This document shows, one piece after another, positions 20,577 through 31,486 of a DNA stretch of 64,000 bases (position 1 is its first letter; each line of letters opens with the position of its first letter). The notes under the pieces are model-generated. The model saw only the letters and a list, made by a program, of their open reading frames with translations. It did no database searches and was not told the origin of the DNA. The stretch spans positions 64,001 through 128,000 of the forward strand of contig CAWCDG010000004.1 in NCBI GenBank assembly GCA_963794325.1, given 5' to 3'. This stretch comes from an uncultured delta proteobacterium. GTDB taxonomy: Bacteria; Desulfobacterota; Binatia; Binatales; Binataceae. Both the position numbers and the translations under genes were made by a program.

Positions 20577-20912
20577 ATGCCCAGCAAATTGTACGTAGGC
20601 AATCTCGCCTACTCGGTGTCGAACAGCGATCTGGAAGAACTGTTTTCACAAGCAGGCCAGGTTCAAAGCGTGGCAGTAATCACGGATAAATTCTCCGGCC
20701 AATCGAAGGGCTTCGGCTTCGTCGAGATGGCGACCTCGGAGGAAGCATCCAAGGCAATCCAGACCCTGAATGACACGGATCTCAAGGGAAGGAACATCAA
20801 GGTGAGCGAGGCCAAACCCCGCGAATCGAGCTTCGGTGGCGGCGGCGGTGGCGGTGGCAACCGTCGCGGCGGTGGCGACAATCGCGGCGGCGGAGGCGGC
20901 GGCCGCTGGTAA
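20577..20912 (+). CDS. RRM RNA-binding protein with Gly-rich tail
   Basis: RNP2 LYVGNL, RNP1 KGFGFVEM, GGGG/RGG tail; GGAGG RBS. Confidence 0.95.
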   Translation: MPSKLYVGNLAYSVSNSDLEELFSQAGQVQSVAVITDKFSGQSKGFGFVEMATSEEASKAIQTLNDTDLKGRNIKVSEAKPRESSFGGGGGGGGNRRGGGDNRGGGGGGRW

Positions 20913-20926
20913 ACTAAACCTGAGGC

Positions 20927-20953
20927 TGAGCGGGCACCCGATGCCCGCTCAGT
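20927..20953 (+). terminator. Hairpin between the two RRM genes
   Basis: CTGAGCGGGCA...TGCCCGCTCAG stem. Confidence 0.5.
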
Positions 20954-21065
20954 CATTTCAGAAGACGCGCGACCTCCGAAGCCCCCGCGTCTTTGCACTT
21001 CTCAAAATTGGCTTCGAGCTCCCGGTTTGGGAGCCCACGCAAGTTTCGCAAATTCAGGAGGCCCG

Positions 21066-21386
21066 GTGCCGAGAGTATATGTAGGAAATCTCGCTGAGTC
21101 GGTTACCCGCGATGAACTGCGGGCGCTCTTCTCGAAAATCGGCCGGGTCGCCGGCGCGCTGGTTATCACCGACAAGCTCACCGGCAAATCTCGTGGATTC
21201 GGCTTCGTCGAAATGGTCGAAGTCGAAGACGCGATCAACGCCGCCGTCTACTTCAGCGGCACCGAACTCGAAGGCCGCAAAATTCACGTCGATCCATTCC
21301 GTCCGCAGGAGCCCGGCGCTCAGAAATTTCGCGGCGAGCGCAAACGTCGCGCGCCCGCCAAGCGCAGCAGCAACGGCACTGCGTAA
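21066..21386 (+). CDS. Second RRM RNA-binding protein (basic tail)
   Basis: GTG 21066 after AGGAGG; VYVGNL, RGFGFVEM. Confidence 0.92.
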   Translation: MPRVYVGNLAESVTRDELRALFSKIGRVAGALVITDKLTGKSRGFGFVEMVEVEDAINAAVYFSGTELEGRKIHVDPFRPQEPGAQKFRGERKRRAPAKRSSNGTA

Positions 21387-21436
21387 CTGCCGGAATTGAA
21401 TAAGTCAGAGATCGAGAAGTCTAATCAGGAGTTGCT

Positions 21437-21721
21437 ATGCGCGATGAAGGGTTGACGCCGTGGAGAACGCACGACTGGAAAGTCCGCACCATCGAATCGA
21501 TCGCACCCGGAGGCGGCTCGCGGCTGGCCTTCACCTGCCGGAGTTGCGGCAGGATATTCAATCAAACTACGATCAACAGCCGGACTTGGGCGGTCGACGC
21601 CGGCGGAGTCGCGCTGTCGGATACGGTAACCAATCGATGGCTCGCGGAAAGTTGCACGCGCAAACCCTCGGACGGCGACGAGGACGATCGCAAGCTCTTC
21701 AAGAACGGACCCGCGCTGTAA
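21437..21721 (+). CDS. Small hypothetical protein, possible Zn-binding (H..CxxC..C)
   Basis: AGGAG RBS; THDW...FTCRSCG...ESC. Confidence 0.6.
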   Translation: MRDEGLTPWRTHDWKVRTIESIAPGGGSRLAFTCRSCGRIFNQTTINSRTWAVDAGGVALSDTVTNRWLAESCTRKPSDGDEDDRKLFKNGPAL

Positions 21722-21753
21722 AACTAAAAACCCCTTTCATTATTTTTCAAAGG

Positions 21754-22431
21754 ATGGCGCGCTTGAAAATGAATTTACGGACAGTCGCGCTTGGCGCCCT
21801 GCTCTTCTTTTCGTTCGCTGTTTCCGCTTCCGCGCAAACACTGGTGGTTCCGCCGACCTCGCCCAATGACGCGATGGGTTCGGTGAAGACCATCATCGAC
21901 CAGTCAATCGTCGTCTTTAAAGACAAGCAGATCTCCCCGCCCGACCGCGAGCATAAACTTCGCGGAATCGCCGAGAGCCATTTCGATTTCCGCGAGATGG
22001 CGAAATCAGCGATCGGATACCATTGGAAAACTCTGACCCCCGCGCAGCAGACCGAGTTCGTACCGCTCTTCACGACCTTTATCGAGGATGCGTACCTGTC
22101 GCGAATCGAATCCTATTCCGTCGAGAAAGTGAATCAGCAGCTCCAGTCCTCGATGATTCAATTCATCAAACAGACTACCGACGGCCCCGAGTACGCCGAG
22201 GTCTTCAGCACGGTAGTGTTACAGGATCGCAAAGATCCGATCGCCGTGAACTACCTGATGCGTAACGACGGCGGCGAGTGGAAAATCTACGACATCACGA
22301 TTGACGCGATCAGCGTAATCGCCAACTACCGCAACCAGTTCAATCGCGTCCTCAACAACGACGGCTACGACAAGCTCGTCTCCATAATCCGCGAGAAGAT
22401 CCAGGGCCTCCAGCAGCAAGCGACCAACTAA
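21754..22431 (+). CDS. mlaC: MlaC/Ttg2D family periplasmic lipid-binding protein
   Basis: Signal peptide; HFDFREMAKSAIG..W, WKIYDITID.ISVIANYRNQF; start ATG 21754 or 21769. Confidence 0.88.
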   Translation: MARLKMNLRTVALGALLFFSFAVSASAQTLVVPPTSPNDAMGSVKTIIDQSIVVFKDKQISPPDREHKLRGIAESHFDFREMAKSAIGYHWKTLTPAQQTEFVPLFTTFIEDAYLSRIESYSVEKVNQQLQSSMIQFIKQTTDGPEYAEVFSTVVLQDRKDPIAVNYLMRNDGGEWKIYDITIDAISVIANYRNQFNRVLNNDGYDKLVSIIREKIQGLQQQATN

Positions 22432-22487
22432 CTCGATCGCTTAGCGCCAGTGCTCGTCCGTTTGCGCTTCAGGCATAATCTGGAGAT

Positions 22488-24297
22488 ATGCAAACGGCCA
22501 CCGATCGTCGCCTGCCACTTCTGATCTATGACGGTGATTGCGGGTTCTGCAAATACTGGCTGCGCTATTGGAATCGACTCACCGGCGATCGCGTCGCATA
22601 CGCGCCGTATCAGGAAGTCGCCGCGCAGTTCCCCGAAATTCCTGTGGCCGAGTTCAAGCGCGCCGTCCAATACATCGCGCCCGATGGAAAAGTCGCGAGC
22701 GGCGCCGAAGCTGCTCTCCTTACTCTAAGTCACGGCGGCAAAGGCTTCTGGCTCGCGCTTTATCGGCACGTTCCCGGTTTTGCCGCGATCGCCGAGGGCC
22801 TGTACGCGTTGGTCGCGTCGCATCGGGCGGAGCTTTACCGCCCGACGCTATGGTTATGGGGGCGCGACTATGAGCCGCCGCGCTTCGAGCTGATCTCATG
22901 GCTGTTTCTTCGCGCGATGGGGCTGATCTATCTCGCAGCCTTTGTTTCATTTGGCGTGCAGGCGCTGGGATTGATCGGCAGCCACGGCATCCTGCCGCTA
23001 TCCGAATTCGCGGTCGCCGTCCGCAGCCAGATCGGATCATCAGGCTACTGGCGAGTTCCGATGGTGTTCTGGATCGCACAGAGCGACTTCGCGATTCAGG
23101 CCGCGTGCTGGGCGGGAGCGGCGCTGTCGATTCTGGTGATCGTCGATCTCATCCCAAGTGTGAGCCTGTTCTTCCTGTACGTGCTGTATCTCTCGCTCTT
23201 TTACGCCGGCCAGGAGTTCATGGGCTTTCAATGGGATCTGCTTTTGCTCGAAGCCGGTTTCCTGGCGCTCATCCTGAGCGTCGCGACCAGGCCCGGCATA
23301 TGGTTGCTGCGATGGCTGCTCTTCCGTCTGATGCTCCTTTCGGGCGCGGTCAAGCTCCTGAGCGGCGATCCGACATGGGCCAACCTGTCCGCGCTCTCTT
23401 ACTATTTTCAGACCGAACCGCTACCGACACCGTTGGCCTGGTACGTCCATCACCTGCCGCACGCGGTCCTCATGGCAGCGACGGTCGCGACCTTCTTCAT
23501 CGAATTGGTCCTGCCATTTCTAATCTTCTTTCCGCGGCGTCTTAGATTCATCGGCGCCTTCGGCATCTTGTTGCTGCAAGTCGTGATCTTCGTGACCGGC
23601 AACTACGCATTCTTCAATCTGCTGACGATGGCGTTGTGCCTGGTGGCGTTCGACGATGCCGCGTTGCGCAGAACGTTCCCGAATCGCGTGACCCGAGTTT
23701 GTGCAAAGCTATGCCCGCGAGATCAGACCGCGGAGAATCGTTTCAGTCGCGGTCGGAGCGTTGACGCTGCTGATCGTATTCACCGGTCTGGTGCAGCTCA
23801 ATGCGATTCTCAACAGCCGGATGTCCCCGCTGGGCGCGTGGGTCGAAGGTGAAATTGAGCCGCTGCATATCGTCAATACTTACGGCCTGTTCGCGGTGAT
23901 GACGACCACGCTGCCGGAAATTATCGTCGAGGGCTCGGATGACGGCGTTAACTGGCGCGAATACGAGTTCAAATACAAACCGGGCGACGTGATGCGCCGT
24001 CCGCGATGGAACGCGCCGCATCAACCGCGGCTCGACTGGCAGATGTGGTTTGCCGCATTGGGGTCGGCGTCGGAGAATCCATGGTTCCCGCGGTTCCTTC
24101 AGCGCTTGCTCGAAAATTCGCCCGACGTGATCGCGCTCCTCGGCAGCAATCCGTTTCCCCGCAAGCCGCCTCTCTACGTGAGGGCAGTCCTCTACGACTA
24201 TCGCTATTCGACACCAGAAGAAAAAAAAGCCACCGGCGCATGGTGGGTACGCCAGCCCGAAGGAATCTACTTTCCCGCAGTATCTCTCAGATCATGA
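22488..24297 (+). CDS. Lipase maturation factor family protein with N-terminal DCC1-like thioredoxin domain (frameshifted near 23697)
   Basis: YDGDCGFC; FQWDLLLLEAG, SGAVKLLSGD.TW, TGNYAFFN, NTYGLFAVMT, EFKYKPG, PHQPRLDWQMWFAAL; removing one G at about 23697 joins the two ORFs into 602 aa. Confidence 0.88.
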
Positions 24298-24312
24298 TTC
24301 AAGCCACCGGTT

Positions 24313-25155
24313 TTATTCCTTGCCTTCCTGGCCCATCTTCATTGTGCCGACTATCGGCACGCCCATCGGACCCACCGGAATATATACTTCCGTGTGATTG
24401 GGTGAGTTGATCATTTTCTGCTGCGCCTGGATCGCTTCGTACTGGACGTAAATCGGCGTCAGCTTCTGGTTGATCGTTTCCATCGCTTTGGCAATGCCGT
24501 CGGCCTCGGCCTCCCGAATTTGAGCCTTGGCTTTGGCGGTCTGGATTTCGATCGTCGTCTGCTCGAGAACCTGGGTGGCCGCAAGCTTGTTGGCGACCGA
24601 GTCCGCGACGGTTTGCGGATACTGAATGTTGCCGATGACGACGCTGATGATTGTGAAGGGGGTGCCCTGCGTCAGCTTCAAAATTCGGTCCTGCACGGCA
24701 GAGCCGATCGTGTCGATGTTGTCCTTGATATCCAGCCCGTTGTACTTCTGAACCTCGTCGCGCGTGTAGGTTCTGAACGGCTCCTTGATAAAATTGTTGT
24801 AGGCGGAGGCGAGTGGATTCTCGCCGGTTTCGCCGTACTTCTCGACGAATATTTTCACGTTCTCAGGTTCTACCTTCCACAGCAGATGCGCCTGAAACTC
24901 GATATGCAGATTGTCCTTGGCCAGCACCGCGGTCGGGCCGACAAACTGTTCAGTGCTGGTGTTCGGTGTCACCGAAATGTTGGTCACCTCGAGCATCCAT
25001 CCAAGGCCGGTGGAAGTCGGTCCCGTTTGAAGTTCGTAGAATCGCTCGGGCATCGTGTACGGATGCTTCGTGACGTATCCGACGTAGCCCGCCGGCGTCG
25101 ATGGATTCGAGCATCCGATGACACCAAGTGCCAGCACTGCAAAGAGTCGTCGCAT
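24313..25155 (-). CDS. SPFH/prohibitin-domain lipoprotein
   Basis: ATG 25155 MRRLFAVLALGVIGC lipobox; band-7-like LAKDNLHIEF, IGNIQYP, AQIREAEADGIAKA. Confidence 0.85.
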   Translation of the reverse strand: MRRLFAVLALGVIGCSNPSTPAGYVGYVTKHPYTMPERFYELQTGPTSTGLGWMLEVTNISVTPNTSTEQFVGPTAVLAKDNLHIEFQAHLLWKVEPENVKIFVEKYGETGENPLASAYNNFIKEPFRTYTRDEVQKYNGLDIKDNIDTIGSAVQDRILKLTQGTPFTIISVVIGNIQYPQTVADSVANKLAATQVLEQTTIEIQTAKAKAQIREAEADGIAKAMETINQKLTPIYVQYEAIQAQQKMINSPNHTEVYIPVGPMGVPIVGTMKMGQEGKE

Positions 25156-25388
25156 TCTTCCTCTCCTTTTTTTAAACATCCAGCCGCGCGCCGGATCAGA
25201 CCGAGCTTTCGCGTTTTTACGAGAACGAGTATTCCAGCGGGCGATGCGGATAGAAACTGAGTGTCGTCAATCCAGCTGTCGTTTGTTCACAGATCGCCAT
25301 GTTGTCGCACGGCTCGCCCGCGGGTAGGATTGCGGCATTCAAAAGGGGAGGAGCCGCGCCACTCGATTCATGGGGCAGACTTAATTGC

Positions 25389-25616
25389 ATGCCACAATCG
25401 CTATGCCTGAGAGTCAGTGCGCTATTAATTCTCTGTGTCGCATTTGCCGGATGTGCGACGCACGACGCCAGCGATCCCGCATATGGCGCGATGTTCAAAC
25501 AGACCACGCGTGATCGCGTCAACGGCACCGAGTTCTGGGGCACCAGAACCCAAAAGGACTGCACCTCCGGCGGCGTGATGGAGGTATGCACCCCCGTCGG
25601 CCAAAACGGAATCTGA
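25389..25616 (+). CDS. Small hypothetical lipoprotein
   Basis: LLILCVAFAGC lipobox, 75 aa, C-terminal Cys pair. Confidence 0.55.
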   Translation: MPQSLCLRVSALLILCVAFAGCATHDASDPAYGAMFKQTTRDRVNGTEFWGTRTQKDCTSGGVMEVCTPVGQNGI

Positions 25617-25653
25617 GTCTTTGGTCTAACGAATAGCTGGCCTCTCGCTCCTA

Positions 25654-25810
25654 GCAGGGTGTTGAGAAACCCCGACGATGAATCCTTTCACAAATTTGGG
25701 GCTTCCAACACCCTGCGTAAAAGCTGGCTGCTTTCCTTTATCTTCTCTCCCGCTTTTTTGCGGGGGAGATAAGAGAGGGGGAACAGGCCGTGATTTATCA
25801 ACGGCCTGTT
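25654..25810. repeat. Cluster of hairpins including two IS-end-like mini inverted repeats
   Basis: GCAGGGTGTTG...CAACACCCTGC (25654-25716), TCTCCCGC/GCGGGGGAGA hairpin, AACAGGCCGT...ACGGCCTGTT (25782-25810). Confidence 0.5.
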
Positions 25811-25835
25811 AGGCGTAGAGGAATGACCGCGACAA

Positions 25836-28115
25836 CTACTTGCCGGAGCCGGAGGCGGTAAGGTTGTGGGACAGATGATTGGGGTCGTTGCTCGTGATGG
25901 TCAAATTCTGTGGAGCGGTGGCACCTTTGGTGGTCGGTTTGAATTTGACGGTTACGCTCTTGGTCTTACCTTTGGTCAGGTTGAAGGCACTGCCATTGAA
26001 GGCGAACGGTGAAGCCAGGGTTCCGATCGTTACCTCCAGATTACCCTTGCCCTTATTTTTGATCTTGAGCTTTTTGCTCTTGGTCGAGTTGACCTTCACC
26101 GTGCCGAAACTCAGGTTGCCGGAGACGCTAAGTGTTCCGAACGGCGGCGTTGGAGTTGCGGTTGGTGTCGCGGTTTGAGTTGCAGTGGCCGTCGCCGTCG
26201 CAGTGGTTGTCGCAGTTGCGGTATCTGTCGCGGTCGGCGTCGGGCTGGGAGTAGCCAGAGATGTATCCGTCGCAGTCGGAGTCGCCGAGGTGGTTGGCGT
26301 TGCTGACCCGGTCGGTGTTGGGCTGTCCGATCCTGTTGACGTCGGCGATGCGGTAGCGGTTGCCGTGTCGGTGGCGGTCGCGGTGAGCGTGGCCGTCGCG
26401 GTCGCAGTTGGCGTCGCAGTGGCAGTCGGAGTCGGCGTCGGGCTCGGCGCAGCGATCAGGCGCGCCTCGGCGATCCACGTACCCCAGTTAATGCTTGAGG
26501 TCGCGGACGTAGGGTATTCTGCCGCCACCCAAATCGCAGTCTGATCACTGGGATCGACGCCGGCCCCCGAATAGTCGCCCCATCGATATGGCAAGCCACT
26601 CGTGTCGTTGCTGGTGTAACTCTTGGCGCCCGCCTTAAAGAGCACCGGAGTTCCGAGCGTGTTGACCGCGTCGCCGGCGAGGCGCCCATCGACATACGCC
26701 GAGGGGAATTCCGTGGATGACGATTGAGTGAAGGACGTAACCAGGTCGTCAGAACTATCGAGATCGACCGAAGGATAGTAGTCGTAAAAATTCTTGGTGC
26801 CGAATGAGAAGTCCTGGTTCACGACCGGATTAGCGCCGCCGGTCAGCACCTCGAAGAATTGCAGGCAGCTGCGTTGGCTGGTGTCTCCTGACGGCTTGCA
26901 TGTGTCGGTTCCCGATCCCCACAGCTGACCGTCGCGGAAGACCACATCCACAATTCGCTCGTCTCCGGTATCGATATTGTGGGTTGAATTCTTCTGCGGC
27001 GCGCAACCCGATCCATCCGTGGCGCTAGGGCAGCTCGGCGGAGACGTGAAGGACGTGACCGAAGCAACAGTCTCGTCGGCCGCGCTGCCGGGGGGAACCC
27101 CCGTAACCGACCAGATATTCAGCGAGCTGCCGACTGCCGAGAGCATCCAGAGCGTCGCGGTTGACGAGCGGCTCTTAGCCGGAATCAGCGGAAAACCAGA
27201 GCCGTCGGCGTCCGGCGGAGTGAAATCCGTATCTATGGTAGCGTCGCCGGCCAGAAGCTCGCTCTTGTTCCAGACGAAGAATTCATTCCCCTGGTACGGA
27301 CCGGTGTCGCAGTTGGGATTGCACGAAAACGCATTGCCGCCGGTCGCGATTTTGTCGTCGTTAAATCCGAGCGACGGCTGATCCGGAAAGCTCCCCATGG
27401 TCTCGATCGAATAAGTGTTGAAGCCGTCGAGCGGATTCGAGTCATTCGAAACCGCAAGGTTGAAGAACCCATTGAGCGCGGGGTCCTTGACGGAATCGGT
27501 CGTGTCGAGACTCAGAAGCGAGATGTACCATCGGCCGGCGAGCGTGTCGTACTCGATTCTCGGATCGCTCGAAAAAATGTCGGTGTTAATGTTGAAAAGA
27601 GAATTGAGACTGTAAGGCGATAGCAGGACGGTTCCGCTCTTGTCGAAGACTTTAAAGACGACGTTGGTCACTGCGATAACATCGTTCGGTCCCGCCGCGA
27701 CTTGTGTGTCCGGAGGTTCGCAATCGGGACCGCAATCCGAATCAGCAAAGGCCAGGCCGGCGAAATTCGTGGAGAAGGTCGGCGTGGTGGTCAACGCGAG
27801 CGTCGCGATCGAGGGAACCGCGGGAAGCGTCGCGTCGCTGTCGAGAGCAGCTTTGCGCCGTCGATAAGCGATTGGATCGGCGACCCGCAACGGTCGCCGG
27901 TGTGAGCCGGTGTTGATCGTCGCCGGTGGCAATTCCTGGAGATATACGGTCCCGGTTCGCATCGCGAGAAGATGTCGCGGCGGCGTTGCGGCACCGCTGC
28001 CTGCGCGTGCGGGAAGAGAGGTCCATGATGCGACGAAGGCAAAAAAGAGCACTACGGCGAACGCCGCGACGACGCGTCGGGGCGTCCAGACAGAATTTCT
28101 ACGGTCACTCATCAA
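25836..28115 (-). CDS. Secreted protein: propeller-like domain, PT/TA linker, C-terminal ASH/choice-of-anchor D Ig-like domain
   Basis: Signal peptide, [25 protein letters not shown] motifs, (TPTATAT)n linker, [17 protein letters not shown] tail. Confidence 0.8.
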   Translation of the reverse strand: MMSDRRNSVWTPRRVVAAFAVVLFFAFVASWTSLPARAGSGAATPPRHLLAMRTGTVYLQELPPATINTGSHRRPLRVADPIAYRRRKAALDSDATLPAVPSIATLALTTTPTFSTNFAGLAFADSDCGPDCEPPDTQVAAGPNDVIAVTNVVFKVFDKSGTVLLSPYSLNSLFNINTDIFSSDPRIEYDTLAGRWYISLLSLDTTDSVKDPALNGFFNLAVSNDSNPLDGFNTYSIETMGSFPDQPSLGFNDDKIATGGNAFSCNPNCDTGPYQGNEFFVWNKSELLAGDATIDTDFTPPDADGSGFPLIPAKSRSSTATLWMLSAVGSSLNIWSVTGVPPGSAADETVASVTSFTSPPSCPSATDGSGCAPQKNSTHNIDTGDERIVDVVFRDGQLWGSGTDTCKPSGDTSQRSCLQFFEVLTGGANPVVNQDFSFGTKNFYDYYPSVDLDSSDDLVTSFTQSSSTEFPSAYVDGRLAGDAVNTLGTPVLFKAGAKSYTSNDTSGLPYRWGDYSGAGVDPSDQTAIWVAAEYPTSATSSINWGTWIAEARLIAAPSPTPTPTATATPTATATATLTATATDTATATASPTSTGSDSPTPTGSATPTTSATPTATDTSLATPSPTPTATDTATATTTATATATATQTATPTATPTPPFGTLSVSGNLSFGTVKVNSTKSKKLKIKNKGKGNLEVTIGTLASPFAFNGSAFNLTKGKTKSVTVKFKPTTKGATAPQNLTITSNDPNHLSHNLTASGSGK

Positions 28116-28206
28116 CTACCAGGAGCCGCTATAATGTACGTGAGAGCAGACCATCGCTACAATCGTTTTTTCTGCTCGAATGAACGGCGAGGTGAGAGAT
28201 TAATCG

Positions 28207-28752
28207 ATGATTCTGAAAGTTGCACGTCTCGGATTCCCGTCGCTCAGGACCTCGTCCAGCCCGGTCCCGGCCGATCGGATCAAGACCAAAGAATTTCAGC
28301 AGCTGATCGACGACATGATCGAGACGATGTACGAATACAGCGGCGTCGGACTCGCCGCCCCGCAGGTACATCTGCCGATTCAACTCGCCGTGCTCGAAGT
28401 GCATGACCATCCGCGATACCCCGACATGCCCGAGGTGCCGCTGACGGTCCTCGTCAATCCGGTCGTGACGATTCTCGACCGCACGATGGTCGAAGAATGG
28501 GAAGGATGCCTGAGCGTGCCTGACCTTCGCGGGCGCGTGCCCCGATTCAAGCAGCTACGGGTGACCGCGCTCGGGCGCAACGCGGAGCCGCTCGAAATAG
28601 TCGCGTCGGATTTTCACGCGCGCGTGATCCAGCACGAGACCGATCATCTGAAAGGCGAAGTTTACCTGGACCGAATGCCAGACATGCGCGCGCTGGGATT
28701 TTTGCAGGAATGGCAGCGCTACCTGCTGAAGCCGGAGCCGGAGAAAAAATGA
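28207..28752 (+). CDS. def: Peptide deformylase
   Basis: GVGLAAPQV, EGCLSVP, QHETDHL motifs. Confidence 0.97.
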   Translation: MILKVARLGFPSLRTSSSPVPADRIKTKEFQQLIDDMIETMYEYSGVGLAAPQVHLPIQLAVLEVHDHPRYPDMPEVPLTVLVNPVVTILDRTMVEEWEGCLSVPDLRGRVPRFKQLRVTALGRNAEPLEIVASDFHARVIQHETDHLKGEVYLDRMPDMRALGFLQEWQRYLLKPEPEKK

Positions 28753-28775
28753 GGAACGGGAAATCACTTTATTGA

Positions 28776-29010
28776 ATGCGGAACCCACCGTGGGTTCCGC
28801 ACCTCCTTGGGCAGGGGTGACCCCTGCACTCAGTATTAAAAGGAGAAGATGATGCGGGACTGCGTCCCTATTCGAACCTTCCCCGGTAGGAACCCGCGCC
28901 TCCTCTCTGCCTCTGTTCCCCCTTTCCGCGTCGGAAAGGGGGTGAGGGGGATAGGACGGGCCGGAATAGTTGCCTCAAATCCGGTTCCCCTTCCCTCGAG
29001 GGAAGGGGAA
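28776..29010. repeat. Intergenic repeat cluster (family A copy 28776-28837, family C variants)
   Basis: GCGGAACCC/GGGTTCCGC + GGCAGGGGTGACCCCTGCAC; CCCCCTTTCCG/CGGAAAGGGGG; CCCCTTCCCTCGAGGGAAGGGG. Confidence 0.7.
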
Positions 29011-29100
29011 CAATCGCGAGATTCGAATTCGCAAGTTTCAATCGCGCGCGCAGATGTCTAAACTTGTCGCGACGCCTGCCGTCGCCGGCCGGCATCCCAC

Positions 29101-30291
29101 ATGAGACTGGCGATTCCAGGGTTTGCGATTATCGACCGCTACGTTGCGCGCGAAGTGCTCGCGCCGTTCGCGGTGGACGTCGGCCTGCTGACCTTCGCGC
29201 TGGTCACCGGCAAGTTGCTCAAGCTGATGGACATGGTCGTCAATCACGGCGTCAGCCTGGGCGAGGTCTGCGGAATTATCGGCTATATCATGCCGGCATT
29301 TCTCGAGCTCACGTTTCCGATGGCGGTGCTGCTCGGCGTGTTGATGGGATTTGGTAGGATGTCGAGCGACCAGGAGATGACCGCGGCGCGCGCATGCGGC
29401 ATCAGTCTGTACCGGCTCGCGGTGCCTGTGATGATAGTCGCATTGGGCGTGTACGCGCTTTCCAGCTACTTCGCGTTCTCGCTGCGGCCGTGGGCGAATT
29501 CCAATCTGCGCAACAAGTTGTACGAGCTCAGCCAAACTCGCACCAGCGCCGGATTGAAGGAAAAAATTTTCAACAGTAATTTTCCCGGGCTGGTCGTTTA
29601 CGTCGACGAGATGTCCGACACCGATTCGAGTTTGAAGGGCGTCATGATTTCCGACGCGCGCGATCCGCACAATCAGAACACGATAATCGCCAAGCATGGA
29701 GCGATGCTTCCCGACCCGAAGACCAAGACCATCACGCTGCGGCTGTACGACGGTTCGATCTTCGGCGTGGAACCGCAGAACGACGCGACTCACGTGACCA
29801 GCTTCAAGACTTACGACCTCAGCATCAGTCCGGAGGAGGCGCTCGGCGTCACCGACGTCGAGCCGGACGAGATGACCTACTCGGCTCTTCGCGCCGACAT
29901 CAAGGCCGCGCGCGCCAAGGGCAAACCCGACTACGATTCCGAGACCGAGATGGCGAGTAAGTTTACGGTGCCATTTGCCACGATGCTGTTCGCGCTGCTG
30001 GGTATCTCGCTCGGACTTAAGCCGGCGCGCGGCGGGCATTCGGAGCGCTTTGGGGTCAGCGTCGCGCTGTTCTTCCTCTATTACTCGCTGATGCGGGTGG
30101 GCGAGACGCTGGCGCAACGCGGCAAGCTGAACGCGTGGGCCGCGATGAGTATCCCGGACCTGGTGTTCATGGCGCTGGCGTTCTGGTTCTTCTATCGCGC
30201 GGCGTCGGACCGGGCCGACCAGGGCCGCGGTCCCGGCGACATCATCTGGGATCTGGTCGAGCGTTACGAACGCAGCAGGCAGGCCGCATGA
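29101..30291 (+). CDS. lptF: LPS export ABC permease LptF
   Basis: IDRYVAREVL.PF, GRMSSDQEMTAARACGIS, periplasmic beta-jellyroll region, AAMSIPD. Confidence 0.9.
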   Translation: MRLAIPGFAIIDRYVAREVLAPFAVDVGLLTFALVTGKLLKLMDMVVNHGVSLGEVCGIIGYIMPAFLELTFPMAVLLGVLMGFGRMSSDQEMTAARACGISLYRLAVPVMIVALGVYALSSYFAFSLRPWANSNLRNKLYELSQTRTSAGLKEKIFNSNFPGLVVYVDEMSDTDSSLKGVMISDARDPHNQNTIIAKHGAMLPDPKTKTITLRLYDGSIFGVEPQNDATHVTSFKTYDLSISPEEALGVTDVEPDEMTYSALRADIKAARAKGKPDYDSETEMASKFTVPFATMLFALLGISLGLKPARGGHSERFGVSVALFFLYYSLMRVGETLAQRGKLNAWAAMSIPDLVFMALAFWFFYRAASDRADQGRGPGDIIWDLVERYERSRQAA

Positions 30292-31388
30292 GACTTCGCC
30301 CGCGCCTTTCGCCGGTGATCGATCGCTTTATCGCGATGCAGTTCTTCGGCCCATTCATGGTGTGCCTGGCGGCCTTCACGGCGGCATACCTGCTCGGCGA
30401 CATGTTCGACCGATTCGACGATTTGATCCGATACGGCGGGTTGGGATTGTTAGGCCTCGAGTACTTCGCGCTGAAGCTGCCGCTGATCATCTCGCAGGTT
30501 CTGCCGGTGGCGTGCCTGGCCGGCGTGCTGCTCGGCTTCGCGCTGCTGAATCGGTCGGGCGAGGTGCTCGCATGCCAGCAACTCGGCATCAGCCGGCTCG
30601 AGATGGCGGTGCCGGTATTGTTGGTCGCGGTTTTGATCTCGGGCTTCGATTTTCTGATCAGCGAGACTGTCGTTCCCGCCGCGACGCGCGAGGCGAAATA
30701 TATCTATTCGGTGGAACTCAAGAAGCGGTCGCTCAAGGCGGTATTCGCTAATCGGCGTATCTGGGTGCGGGTGCGCGATGGATTCGTGTCAGTCGACAAT
30801 CTCGACAAAAAAGATTCGCAGCTGAAGAACGTCACGCATTATCAACTCGATGACGATTTCGGGCTCAAGGACTTGCGGCGTGCGAAGACCGCGAAATGGA
30901 ATGGTAGCTCCTGGGATGAGAGCGGGGTGAATTCGTATCAGATCGCCGAGGGCGGCACGGTGACCAAGACCGATGAAACGCGACTCGACCTCGGACTGAC
31001 GCCCGCCGATTTCGGCCTGCTGCGCTTCGACCCCGAGGAGTTCAGCCTGTGGGAACTCGACCGCTATATCGCGGACCTGCGCAGCAAGGGACTCGATCCG
31101 GGCGGTTACGTCGTCGATCGCGATTTGAAGTACGCGATGCCGCTGGCGTGCGTGATAATGGTCGCGCTCGGGATGGCGCTGAGCCTCGATCCGCTGCCGC
31201 GCAACCTGAGCCTCGGCCGCAGCTTTGGCCTCGCGATCGTCATCGGCTTCGCCTACTGGACCGCGCTCGGAATCACGTCGGCGCTGGGCCGTTCAGGCCT
31301 GCTGCCGTCGGTCATCGCAGCCTGGATCCCAAACTTCATGTTCGCGATGATCGCAATCGCAATCTTCCTGTTCGGCGAAGAACGCTGA
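30288..31388 (+). CDS. lptG: LPS export ABC permease LptG
   Basis: ATG overlaps the lptF stop (ATGA); IDRFI, LNRSGEVLA..GIS, LGRSGLLP.VIAAWIPN. Confidence 0.9.
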   Translation: MRLRPRLSPVIDRFIAMQFFGPFMVCLAAFTAAYLLGDMFDRFDDLIRYGGLGLLGLEYFALKLPLIISQVLPVACLAGVLLGFALLNRSGEVLACQQLGISRLEMAVPVLLVAVLISGFDFLISETVVPAATREAKYIYSVELKKRSLKAVFANRRIWVRVRDGFVSVDNLDKKDSQLKNVTHYQLDDDFGLKDLRRAKTAKWNGSSWDESGVNSYQIAEGGTVTKTDETRLDLGLTPADFGLLRFDPEEFSLWELDRYIADLRSKGLDPGGYVVDRDLKYAMPLACVIMVALGMALSLDPLPRNLSLGRSFGLAIVIGFAYWTALGITSALGRSGLLPSVIAAWIPNFMFAMIAIAIFLFGEER

Positions 31389-31486
31389 CCAAATCGAAGC
31401 TCCTTTAGCGCCGCCGCACCCGCCGGACGCCGTGGCCCGGTATCGGAATCTGATTGCCGACGATCGCGTTGGTGATGTCGAAGCAT
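31353..31486. repeat. 134-bp perfect direct repeat, copy 1 (copy 2 at 33213-33346)
   Basis: Identical sequence covering the lptG 3' end, the spacer and the 3' end of the convergent gene. Confidence 0.92.

Noticed and set aside
26150-26450. Tandem repeats here and at about 36905-37110 as a CRISPR array or VNTR
   Set aside because: They are degenerate codon-level repeats encoding Thr/Pro/Ala linkers, with no constant repeat-spacer structure and no cas genes
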